Assembly: GCF_008831285.2 (NCBI RefSeq)
Contig: NC_045138.2
Span: 14,942,001 to 15,006,000 of the forward strand
Direction: 5' to 3'
Length of the DNA: 64,000 nt
Source of the DNA: Nymphaea colorata
Taxonomy: Eukaryota
The translations under genes and the position numbers were made by a program. Every line of letters starts with the position of its first letter. Position 1 is the first letter of the stretch. The notes under the pieces were generated by a model, which had not been told where the DNA came from, did not search any database, and saw only the letters and a program-made list of their open reading frames with translations. Below, in pieces: positions 26,041 through 38,828 of this stretch.

Positions 26041-28554
26041 CACGTTGCCCTATTTCATGAACTTAGGTTAAAAAATAGCTCACAGCCTTTTGAATGTCTA
26101 GTTCACTTCCAGTTCTTAATTTCCTGTTCAAGAACCGTAGGATTTTCTGTTTCAGCCCCGAAAACAGACATTCAGGCGCTTGAAAAGAAACAAAGGTCCC
26201 TGATTGAGCCCTTTACGAAAGTGAAAAAGAAAAGGCCAAGAATGAAAACTGCCCACTGCTAACGACAAAATGGAAAAGACCAAAAAAAAGGTCTTTTCCA
26301 TGGTTCCACCAAATCGGGTCCAGCATTGTGAAAGTCGCTTCTTGAATCAAATGGGTGTGGTTACGGATTCAGCAAATCAGCCGGTTCACCAATTCAGTCG
26401 ACTCGATCGTAAATCATCAAAAATAAGAAAATTCTTTAAATATATCTAAAAATATTTAAAAAATTATATATAGCACCCTTGAATCAGCACTAAATAGAAC
26501 TGGTTTGCCACCAACTATCCCATCTGGATGATAATTGATGCAGTCTTTCGTAAGAGAAGTCCAATCCATGAATATTGAACTCTGAACACAATACCAGTGG
26601 CAAAGATAAACGGGGCCTGATGTGGGTCTCCAAAAAAATTTCATTGAAAGGACTCATAATACAAGTCAAAAAAATATAAGGATATCACATCAGATGTGGG
26701 CTTGTGACTCAAGTGCCCCTCGGCCAGCAAAACCTTACCTCCGTCACTACAACTAAATCTCCATTCATGTTACTTTTGCTTTTCGGCTGTGTCGCCACTC
26801 CTGAAAAAGGCTTCTTTTCCGCAAGAATGATATACCAAAGAACTTAAGTTTTTGTCACTCACCACTTCGCTAGCTTTTCTTTTATAGTTTTGTCTTTTGG
26901 TGGGTAGTTCTTGTCATCAAGCAACTTCTCTGTTTGAAATGAAGAAAACAATCCATTCAGCAGGAACCTGCGTTCACTCTACTTGTTTATTCACATAGTT
27001 CCAAAGCAAGCTTTTTCAAGTGGTACAAAAGGAATGGCTCACAACCTTTCATGCTTCTAACAATGTGGTGTGAAGTCGTCGACATGGCTTTGTGGAGACA
27101 CTTTCATGATGTTTATTCTCTTCAGAAAAGCGGCCATCGATATCTAGACATGATCCCCCTAGAGAATCATAAAGTAACTACAAATAGCTCTAGTTTGGAT
27201 CGTGGTGATGATAGAAAAGATTTATACCACTTCAACAAACCCAAGAAAGAATAAGTTAGTTGCCTCTATAAATCATGAATAGTAAAAGCAAGCACAGTGA
27301 TATTTCTTAGTGCTTTGGAATGATGAGAGAAGCCCCAAGTTTTCTGGATATGTCAAACTTGCTCATGCTTTATCATGCCAAGGCCACCAAAGAAGTTATG
27401 TACAATCGATTTGGTGGTAAGGCGAATTTATGCTTGGTAGTTGCTTTAAGCTAACTCACATGAATCGAGTTACCAGAAGAGCAATAAGGCTTTGCTTTCT
27501 ACTGATTCATTCTTAAAGTGGCTTTGCTATTCAAAAGCAGGGGAAAAGAGGAGGAGACGAGCAATTTAAATAGTTTGACGATCCTGTAGCTTCAATGGAA
27601 GAAAATTCCATACTCAAGCGGCTGCTCCTTTGAGACGATTGATAACATGTTCCGTGCTTTTTTCTCATCACCATCTTCAGCAAAGAAAGGCGTTGAGGAC
27701 TGCTGCTGGACTATTAATTTGTACCAAATTAAGCAACGGAATCGCCAATGGTCATTTTCATGAAGAGAGGAAAGGCCGAGCTAGCCCTCTAACGTCATCT
27801 TGCGTCAACCTTTGGGCAAGTGGGTAGGAGAGAAAAAACATGTTTCACAAGCTTCTTGTACATTATATAACCATTTTTTCCTTCATGTCATTGATCGGGA
27901 ATTAATTCCCGTTTGTGTTTTTCAAATTTCCGCAAGTTTCAGAATGTGGGCTTCGCTTTTGGTTGCCCAAGATGGGGGATTTTGAGCTTGCAGCAGAGAT
28001 TCTAGCAGCTCTGGTTCAGTCAGCTGGAAAGGCCGATCTTTCAAATGGGTCCGGTGATTGTTCATCTCAGCTTTCGAGGATTAGATAAGTGTCATGGTTT
28101 GATGGAGACGATGGCTGAAACGGTCTACATGGCACATGTTCTAGTTCTTCCATTACTCATACTCCCGGAGGTGAAGGCTAGTCTCTAGAGTTTGTTTATC
28201 AGGAAAGGCTATACGAGAGGTTAGGTGGGTGTAGAGAATCATTCCATTTAGAGAAAAGATATGGAAATCAGGAGAAACCATGACCAACCCATTTGGAACC
28301 CTAAATTCATTATCTTTTCCTTGTTAACCATTTTTGTTATTGATAATTAAACTGGTCGGCATGCACCAGAAGCTTGGATGAATAGAATAAAGATGTCATG
28401 ACTCAGTTTCAAATGCTTCCAAAAGAATGGCCCCCTTTTGCTTGCTTTTCGTTTTTTCTTTTTTTATTTAACAGAACAAGATGCCTAAGCATGTTCTTAT
28501 TGATGAAACTACATGGTTAGAATCGTACCTCTCTTTCATGAGTTTGACAGGTAA

Positions 28555-30386
28555 CTATGACCCTTTAATTTCTACCACAACATGGGGACCTTGACTACCA
28601 TAATCTGAATTAACATTAGCCAGGTGTTCAGATTTTGCTGTGGCATTGGCTGGCATATGGTTCTCGAAGGTGGCACGAACTGACAATTCTTCGACACTCG
28701 AGACGATAGCGTCGATTCGGCCCAAAACCTCTATGAGTATAGATGCCACATTTGCAAGAGGGAGTAGGTCCATTAGAGCTGGGCCTGTAACAGTGTCTCC
28801 ATGTGCAGTACGAAAATTGGGATGAGCTTGAGGTAGCGACTTGAGGGCCGTATACAGTTCCATGACGGCATCATTGGCAGAGTCGATCAGGGGCTCAATG
28901 GAGGACGGTCTGTTCATGCTGTCTATGTCCATTGAGAGCTGCCTCAAGACCATTGATGACAATGAGCTTACCTTTAAGCATGGCTCCTTTAGTTGTTGAC
29001 GAAGAGCTTTGGGTGCCTACATATGGAGAAAAACACTCATCCTCGCTATTTTCAGTTGTTACTATTCTTCTGCATATGTCACTTCAAAGAATATGCAGCA
29101 ACAGGCACATGCCTCTTCCTCTCTTATTATTATAAATTTCAAAAGCGCAGATGACAGAGAGAGATTTTACTTTATATTCTGAGTTGGTTGCTGCATTGAG
29201 TGCTTCAACACAGTAAGCACAAGCCCGAGTGGCTGTCCCGACCTTCAGGTATTGCTTCCATGGATGAAGAAACCTAAACCGCCCATGTGCAGGTTCCCAT
29301 CTAGCAAGGTTTGCCTTGAAAAAACATGGGCATTCTTTAGTTAGATAAAAAGTTCATTCACTCCATAGAAAAAGCTCAAATAAATAGAAATAATGCGTTT
29401 CTCACCTAATGAGCCACACCTGCATGTATAGTTAACGGACAACATACACTTGCATACACATGCATGCACACGCACACACATTGGCACACACAAAAGAGAG
29501 ATACATCTATGCGGTGCTCGTTCTCGGATGATGGTGTACCATTAATTTAGTGATCTGTGATGAATTTTTCAAATTGAAAAAAAAAAACTACTTATAGTTG
29601 CAGGATGAGTAATGGATAACGTCCACCGGAAATCTAAACATTTGTATTGATGTATTTGGTTACTCACCAGCAATTCCTCTTTGGCCTTCGAATCAAGCAC
29701 CGTTCTGTATCCTTGAAGACCAGGGGTATCTTTAGTTTTGAGTTCGTCCCCTTCTTCCTCTTCATTAAAGTACTCCTCGACACAACCTGAAATTCCACAT
29801 TTCATACTTCAGAGCCTCATAGGTCTTCGATTGAAAATTGATTATAAAGCAGAGATAAAGATGAAAAAGCAAGTTCAGGCCTAAAGGTTTCTCGGTTTAT
29901 AGTTTCTCCACCTGTCTGGGGCATAAATTTAAAATTTTTGAATTGAAAAACTTCCAGATTTTTTATCGTCTCAAATCGGCATAATATGGTAGAGGCCAGC
30001 TTACTCCTAGCAAGCTTGTCTGCCCAAGAAAGGTGCTCAGAAGTTGGCCACAGGAAAGTCATTATATAGATTTTATATTTTTAGTTGGCATGCATGGTGA
30101 ATATATTTCTCAATGCTTATGTTCTCAGACTCCATATAGAACTCCTGGAATCCGCATACTAAGAAAATATGGCCACCACCATCAGGCACTTGGTTAATAC
30201 AATTAGACAACTAATCAAATTTGCTGTAGGTAAAGCACTATCTCAGAAGGATGGATGAGAGCTACAATTTTGAGTTCACAACTTCTATTCTCAACCTTAC
30301 TTTATGATGCATTTTCTTGCACTATCTACTTTAGTCGTGTACCCAAAAATGTTTTCATCATTCTTTATACATGTTTCATTTTTCTG

Positions 30387-30448
<62 letters not shown>

Positions 30449-30528
30449 TATGTATTTGTTAGAAAGAATACATAGAGTAAGACAAGTTATTGATGCATGA
30501 GCCAATTTGGGAAGAGTGAATGGTCAAG

Positions 30529-30567
<39 letters not shown>

Positions 30568-32489
30568 TAGGTATGTATTTGTTAGAAAGAATACATAGAG
30601 TAAGACAAGTTATTGATGCATGAGCCAATTTGGGAAGAGTGAATGGTCAAGTTAAAAACTTGGAGGACAAAAACCAAGTCTCACAGGGCAAGAAATGAGT
30701 CTAAGCCCAAGCAATTCTCCTCATTGATTGATTGGCCTGGTTGGCGCAAGACTGGAATCAAATGAAATGGAATGAGTTTGCCAAACAAGTAAGAAAAAAA
30801 AAAAAGGAGAACTTAACCCAAAGAAGGACAGAAAATGGACCTTCCATTGAATCAGCAAGCGTCTGCAAGTTCTTGACAATTGAGTTGTGCAGATCTCCTC
30901 CTGCCCACACAGGACATATCACTATAGATACAATCAGGCACAGAGAGCCACCAACCGCTACAGTGGAGACACGTTCTTGTGCCAACTTGAATAGTTTCTC
31001 CTCTCGGTAGCTAGACACTGAGACCAGGCTGAATGTCAGCATGAAGATCAAGACTCCATAGTCATATTTAGCTTTAATCCCTGGAAAGAATCTTGAAAAT
31101 GTAGACGCTGAAGCTGCACTCAGTTTGGTTAATATGTTCAATATTCAAACAGGTCAAGAGCAAAGAAAATGTAAAGAAATTCAAAAGACCAAGTTTGTGA
31201 TTTCTGCTAATTTTTCGTTCTGATTACCAAGTAGGAAGATGGAGGCACCAAGGATTATGGGTTCGCCTTTGTCCCCAGCAAGGCTGGCTATGTAATGGAC
31301 GCCAAGACCCAGTGATCCAGCAACCAGAGTTCCAAATGCTCTGTTGAGACCTTTGCTCAAGGTTCCACCTTAGCCATTAAAAGAAGCTTGATATTAGCAA
31401 TTTATATAAAAAAAAATCTTAAACAATATCAAAAAGTTTATGTAGTTCATTATAGAGGGTGTACATATGATCTTAAAAGGAAATTAATAGTTCCATATTC
31501 CTAATATATTAACGCACTCTCATTTGGGCTCATGTGAAACGCACAAGACAAGGAGTTTTGACACATCACCAGCTTGATAAGAATTATAGCATCATCAAAT
31601 GTAATTTAACACTGCAATCATATAGGGTAATGCTCAAAACCTTAATAACAAAAATTGCTACATTTTACAACATCGCACACTGTTGGTGTATTTTCTTTTC
31701 CGAAAAATTCAACAGATGTGTCATCCTTACAATTATAAGGACATTGTGTTAGGCCCCAAAATTCTTACCAATTCATTTTGGAAAATCCTTAAAGTTATTC
31801 TTCTAAGGCAGCAAGAAATAACGTAGACAAGGTTTTAGGTGACCTTCCATTTTTACTTTATGGTAGAGCAAAGGGAATCATGTTAAAAGCCCACGAATTT
31901 CGAAAAATAAATAAAAATTTATGCTGTTCTTTCAAGTTGAAATCAACTCGCTCATTTCATTAATAAAAGAAGAAAAACACTACCAATTTCAATCAAATCA
32001 ATCTGGCTTAATTTCAATTTAAGAAGTAATGTGGAATGGTGAATGTTGACCATATTTCAAACAAAAAGTGTAGCCCATATAAAAAAACCGAAGAAATTTA
32101 AAGCTTATTTGTAAGATCAGAAACAAAAAATTTACTGTTAAACTAAACAACCACTACTTATTGACAGTGTTAATATCTGTTCTGGTTGTGGCAAATTAAT
32201 GATCAAAGAATTGCAAGTATATATCTTAGCTACAAAAGCAGACTATTATGCAAGCAATTAAAGGTAATAGAAAACAAGCAGTAGGGACTCGCTTACCAAC
32301 AGTATATTCAAAAACGACAGCTACTGTTATGACAGCCCACATGGCATTTCCTCCCATGCCTTCATAGAGAGGCCTCATGAAATAGAAGATCGTGACAATG
32401 GTGAGTGCGAGTCCCACCTTGAAGGCATGACAGATCCTTCTAGGATCGTCCCTACCCAATTTCAGCACCTTCTCCCATACAGTCTTCAT
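28555..32489 (-). CDS. ALMT: Aluminium-activated malate transporter (ALMT) family anion channel, 6 exons, 443 aa from ATG 32489
   Basis: Minus-strand exons 32489-32297, 31368-31228, 31113-30841, 29786-29668, 29314-29171, 29016-28555, GT-AG and in phase (1332 nt). Motifs: [75 protein letters not shown]. An upstream in-frame ATG at 32615 is blocked by TGA at 32567-32565. Confidence 0.9.
30396..30654 (+). repeat. (TA)n plus tandem duplication (period 123 bp) in ALMT intron 3
   Basis: TATATAGGTATGTATTTG...GGTCAAGTTA at 30441 and 30564, each preceded by (TA)n. The paralog has a single copy. Confidence 0.88.
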
Positions 32490-35400
32490 ACTTGTGCTAA
32501 CTGTCGCTTTTGCGCTTGCAGCACCTCTAAAGATGCATGCAAAGATTCCAGCCTTTTGTTCCCCTCAAACGCCCTTCAATGGAAATATTTCATTCATTGG
32601 CACACCCCAAACCATGGCTCTCTCTCTCTCTCTCTCTCTCTCTAAAGGTTGTTTGGCTATCACCTAGGTGCCAAAGTGATATAAGAGACTGAATGTGCAG
32701 GTAGCCATTACTAGTAGCCATATATATACGTGTGTATGTGCATTCAAGGAATGGACATAGGAGAAAAGGTTGAGCGCTTTTGTGGATACTTTATGCTTTT
32801 GGCTTGTGTTCTTATGCACCGTACGGCTTGAAAACTGGTGTTTGCAGAAATTCAAGTCCTTTTAAGTGGGGATGACTCATCCAAAGTTTTTTGAGCAAGG
32901 AACTTTTTCCAGTACTTCTTGCGGTCCATCTAGGCCCTTCGTTGCCCAATTCTTCTGGTTCTTTCTGCTTTATGAATTTCTAGCTAGCTTTGTTGTTAAT
33001 TCGGGAGATGTATTGTTCTTCAATATTACAGATACCAACCTGCATTTCTACTATTAAATCAGCTTGAGTCAGCCATTTTCAGATATATATTCTTCTTCTC
33101 TTGGCTTATTGCAGCATGAAACTGAATACTGTACACCAAAGCGATGATAAAATACAAGGATTGATTGAGAAATACATTCAGTTTCTAGTGTAGAAAAAGT
33201 ACCCAGCTTTGACGTATTATATCATATATCCAAGCAAACTTGTATCTCAAACCTTACTGACATTAACTCAGCTGGAGAATTTGTGAAGGATGCTGCTGCA
33301 TATGGATCTTGCGACCTAAGCTTTTTCATATTTAACTGCAGGCAGGAATACTTGTTTCAGAAACATGGAAAGTCAATTTTACGATCCAAAACCAATGTCC
33401 AATTGATTCAATTTTAGATGAGGTGCAGGACTAATATTCAAGAGATTCATGATCCATGCATTATTTATGAAGTTGGTCTAAGATAAAGAAAAATTGAGTT
33501 CCCATGAAGCTATACACTTATCAAATTCAGCATTACCTTCGTTAACGGCAAGCTCATCACCCTAACCAGGTTAGTCCATTTTTTGAGGTAATTTAGACAG
33601 CGCACCATATAGAAAATTGAAATCGACAGAATGACATGATCTTAAAGTGCCAAAAACGAGCCATTCTAAAAATGAGCCTGAAATAATTTTCTTGTTTCAC
33701 CTTTGAAGATTAAAAGAAAAACATAGATGCTGACATGGTATGGGGTACTGAAGATGAGTTTGATATCAATTTTCTTGAACTTTGAACATAAAGAGAAGGC
33801 ACCAAGTAGACATTTTTTTCACATTTAGGTCACGAACATGAAACCAGGATCATGAAAAAATTACAAGAAGTTGCTGAATATTTAAGCAAATAACAAACCT
33901 TTTTAAAAGTTAGCAAATAGTCATTCAACTTTTAAGAGATGTTTCCAAAGAGCCGCCTGTAGGGAGAAGAAAATTATTTTTTGATATAAAATAAAATATA
34001 CCTCCATAAACAACAATTCTTTACTTGCTGACAAAAGATAGTTTTGTCTTCAAGAAAGGTGTTTTTGTCTGTTTTATATAAAAAGTTAATATTTTTTTTT
34101 GTTGGTAAACGGGTCTTTGAGAATCTCCCTGTAAATTTTAAAAGTTGGGTGATACTTTGTTATTTGACCAATGCCTCTTAAAGCAACCAAGATGAAACCA
34201 TACTTTCAATCTTGGAGTACAGACAGTTCACAATAAGGCAGAAGCAATGGACGATGGACAAGGGACTAGTACCAAGACATTTTCTTACTGGAATGCAACA
34301 ATGAACAGAACAGGGGATAGCACAAATGGTCCTCATGGATCGACCAGTTTGAGGCATCTAAAAGACTCGATGGTTTTTCTCATCCAGTCATCCTTTAGAA
34401 GTTAATTAAGTAAATTATTGTTTAAAGATCTGCATAGGAGACCTATTCCTGTTTTTCGTGTCGTTTTGGAATTTGATTAATTAGTTGCATTTCCTAGAAG
34501 CATCCATTGTTATCCATCATTTTCCTTTTCTTTTTAGTCTCAATTCTTTTCCCATTGCTCCAACAGAAAGTGGCTACAGAAAATTTCCCAACTCTCCTCC
34601 TTCTTCATGGCTTGCAGCCTCTATTCCAAATCGCATATTCTTTTGTGATATATATATGTTCTTGACCAGATAGGTATTGTAGTACCTTTATTACCTTTTG
34701 GTGGTGAGTATTGGGTTGTACTTCGCTTTCCATTTATTTCTCCCTCATGCTTTCCTACAAGCTTTCTTTAATTGCTTCAATAGCTCCGACAGTTGGCATA
34801 TAGAATTTGGGATGCCACTTAGTAGACTAGCCTGTATATCGAGATGTCTTCTCCTTTCTACCTCAACATTTTTAACTAAGCTAAAGGAACTAAATAAGCA
34901 CCAACTTGACTAGAAGCCATTAGATCAACTTTCCAAGGTTGACATTCCCATGGCTTCATTCAAGTGGACTGGTGTAACATGCTTTTTCACCTTAGGCTAA
35001 ACAGTTTAACTGCACTATAGGTGTATTCTTGTTGGCAGACACTGAGGTCAAAGTTGGATGAAAAAAAAATAGAAGTTGACTCGGTTGGGTGGTAAGTTGG
35101 ATCAGCCCCCAATAGGTTCTCCCAGGTGGCTGAGCTAGTGCTTAGATCTTATACATGGCATCTGCAAACTGTTAACAGATTTATGTTTCCTCCTCAAAAT
35201 GGTGGTAGATGCAGTTTATTATTTTTTAAAATATTTAAAAAATGTTAAAAAGGACTTTTAAAACTACCGCCAACTTAGTGCCAACAGAAAAATTTATACT
35301 GAAAGAGTTTTTAGTAATCTTTGTCATTTCAAGTAGATCTAGAAGTTGGCAATATTCTAAACCATCCGATTCCCTATTTATTCCCCTAAGGTATGGAGAT

Positions 35401-38400
35401 AACCATCCCTCCTCTTCAAGACCCATGTTTTAAAAAAAATTAAAAAGAGATTGTTGTTGTTGCCATTTCTTTTTCTAATAGAAAGATTGATCACTAGTTA
35501 TGATTACAAGCTAATTGGTGATTAGTTAACACAGGAGCATCAGACTAATGCAGAAGACGAGAAATTTTGGATAATTCCATCATATACATTATTTGTCAAG
35601 CCATTCAGTTTGTCGTTGAATAATGACATGATCATTATATCTCTCTGAAACTTTAAACAGGTGTTGTCCATAGTAATGCTACGATCCACTGTTTACAGAA
35701 GTGGCAGATTTTCTAGCATAGTCCTGCAAATGGAACAGAAAAGGTTATATCAAAAGGAACATTTGGATAGTTTTCTATTCACCACTAGATTAATCTAACT
35801 AGCTTGATATTCTCAGAGCATTAAGAGTAGTATTTTACTAAATATTTGTAAGTAATGATCCATTCTTCTGTTGTGCATTTATGAAGCATGATATTGGTGA
35901 TGATACGTTCATAGTGATATCAATTGTGCCGGAAATTCTCTGGAAATTCTACTGCACTCGATGCAGATGGAAACCAAAGAACCTGTGAAGGAGAAGTTGT
36001 AGCTCATCTTCAGTAGTAACTCTCCTGTGAAAGATAATTTTCTTTCACCTTCTTGTTTCAAATTCTTAAGTGGATCTTTCTTGGCTCTGAAATTCTCAAA
36101 GTCTCCTAAAGCATGAAAGGAAATAACGATTTTGAATGGGATTGAGTACAAAAGAAGTTTATGATCGAAAGCAAAAGCAAATCCTGTTCTTTCTGCAAGT
36201 CTTTAGACCAAGTCCACTGGCAGTTGGATGGAGCACTTGTTGGAGATCTTTTCAGCAGTTTCTGTTCATATTTTTTAATGGCCTTCAATGAAGATTATAT
36301 TGGTCCAAGTCTCCTGCCCTCCAGTTTCGCTGGTACAAAATAATGACAGTAAACAGCTTCTGGTTGTGAGTTCCATACTGGCCTTCCTAAAAGTAAGAAG
36401 AGAATAGTTCTTGACCAAGAAACGACATCAAATCTTCAATTTCTAGGACTGGGTTATTCGCATCTTGAAGGATGAAGATTTTTATTCCAATATACCCCTA
36501 CTTGGTTGTTAGACAACCAAAACTGTAAAGTTGGATGATGTTGGTCCAAATACTCATTTATTCCTCATCAGAATATAAAATAAATAAACAGCAACCATGT
36601 TTTTATAAGTGTTTAGATGATTGATGAACACTACATCAATCTTCTGAGCATGAAAAAACAGGTGAAGGGAATTTTGGCATAAAATCTATATTCTGCTGCT
36701 TTATCAGTCCATCCTTTTAGATGCCTAGGTCTTTGGCATAAAGACAAGAAATCAAGTCTCCCCTTCAGTGCCTTTTGGACGGAGTGTAACAACAGCCACT
36801 GCCACTCTGCTTAACCACAACCATGCATAAAGAGGCTTTCTAGCCTATAGACATGCAAACTAAACAAAGGAATGTGGGTTGGAGGGTGATGAATGGTTGA
36901 CAGTGGGTACCATTTGGTGAAAGCTTTTTATTTGATTGTGCTGCATCCACAAGTACTGTCTTCTGGTTAATGGGATCCTGAGCCTTACTCCATTTTAAAT
37001 TTGGTGAATGGTGCACATGTGATGCACACATTGAAGTCAGCCGTATTTTATTTCTTCTGCATCAGTTCTAATGAGTGTCATCAACACGAAACAACCATAT
37101 AAAGAAGTCGTACAAGTTGCAGCTGCTTTACCTTTGATTCTCGAGTTGAAGTGGTCTGTGTGCTTTGGCTGGTGCCCTGGAATCCATTTCAATTTCTGAA
37201 GGTCTCCATGCCTGCTGAGTGTCTTTGACACAAAAATATTGTTACAATCATTGGCAACCACCAGTTCCTTACTGGCTGCTAAGTGACAAAAAACATGCAT
37301 AGACATGCATATGCACACATGCATGCACAGGCGGTGGAGAATTAGGACAGGTGATACTTAGAACAGAAAGGCTCTTAGTCCTGCAACTGATGTGTTGCTG
37401 ATTGCTAACGCGACCATATTGCTTGATACAAGGAAAAAAAAAAAAAAACGAAACCTCATTCTTTGAATCATGTGCAGAGGAAAAAATGCTTCTTCATTTG
37501 CAACTTACCAACTACAAGAGATTGTCATGTTAAATATAAGGAAAAATATGAAGTAGCAAACAAGTAATGGGCCTTGGACCTTGATTAGTGTGGAGATGAC
37601 AAGGGAACAGAGTATCTTAGCAGGCTTTTGATACCTTTGTGCAGCTGTTGAAGGGAATTCTTAAGTGAAGACAGAGAAAAAGCTGTCTTGAGTACATGGT
37701 ATTATATCACCAAGGATTTTGCTTTTATTGTTTGATTAAAGCATTTCATGAACATGGAACAACATGGAACTGCCTTTCGTCACATGGTCAAAGCTAATGT
37801 ACTCAGAGGAACCAGTGGTAGAGGCTTGTTATGGCCTGTCAGACTTAACCTGCTCTCCAACTATGTAAAGCTAATAGTACTTTGTCGTCAAGAAGGAAAA
37901 CTGATTATAGGCATGTCAGCATGCAGCTAGAAAGGATGATTAACTCTTGGTTGCAGAAAGAAAAACTTAAGCATTTGGGCATATAGCATATCACAGAGTG
38001 CCCAACCTTTTTATTGAGAGAAATTCCTAAAGAATAAAAAAAATGTTAATTCTTGACATAAAATGGCACGGTACCTCTTGAAGACAAAACTACCTTGCGT
38101 CCGTCAAGGGAAGGAAGGGTAATGCCTTGGCAAGAGCATACTTTCGGTCATTTTAAATCAAAAATTGATATTTTTTTTGTTAGAAAAGGGTAGACATAGT
38201 TTTGTAATTTTTTTCGATATTCTTTATATCTGGATGTATAACAGCATACAGAATCTGAAACAGTTAGCAACTAGATGCCATCTTCTTGTTTCTCAGAACT
38301 GGCTAACAGATTTGAATTTGGGTTGAACATCTAATAAACCCAACAACCCAAAATCTCTATCAGATATGCGGATATGAGTTTAAATGTAGAGATTCATTTT

Positions 38401-38669
38401 AATGTTCTTTTATTACCTTTCAATACTTTAATTGATCTATTTTCGGTAACCAAAAAAAACATTTTTAAAGACGAATAAACGCAAAAATCCTACATTCTCG
38501 TTTTCGATATTTGTAAAAAATTTCAAATTCGCATACTGAACCCAGTTGGATTCGCCTTCTCAGTGTATGGAGCATAGCTACTCAGCTCTGAAAGGGTTGA
38601 TTTAAGGACCTAGGAATAATTTGACAAAGTTAAGATATTGAGGAACTCTTAAAGTTAAAAGCCCTACAT

Positions 38670-38828
38670 CAGGGGTGGAGCCAAGGGGAGGCCGGGAGAG
38701 GCCTGGCCTCACCTCATCTCAATTTTTTTTATTTTACATACAAAATTTAAAAAATATTATTTATCTTATATAAAAGATTGAAAAAATTATAATTCGGCTT
38801 CAGTTAAAAATTCTTGACTCTACCCCTA
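38670..38828. mobile_element. hAT-type MITE (CAGGGGTGGA...TCTACCCCTA)
   Basis: Imperfect TIRs and an 8-bp TSD CCCTACAT (38662-38669) / CCCTAGAT (38829-38836). The internal sequence resembles the copies at 20099 and 13240. Confidence 0.8.

Larger units (their letters stand above)
28035..34080 (+). repeat. Segmental duplication, copy 1 (ALMT gene plus flanks)
   Basis: Colinear with 50874-59898 from GATCTTTCAAATGG to ...CAAGAAAGGTG...ATATA, in direct orientation. The offset is about 22.84 kb at the left end. Confidence 0.93.
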
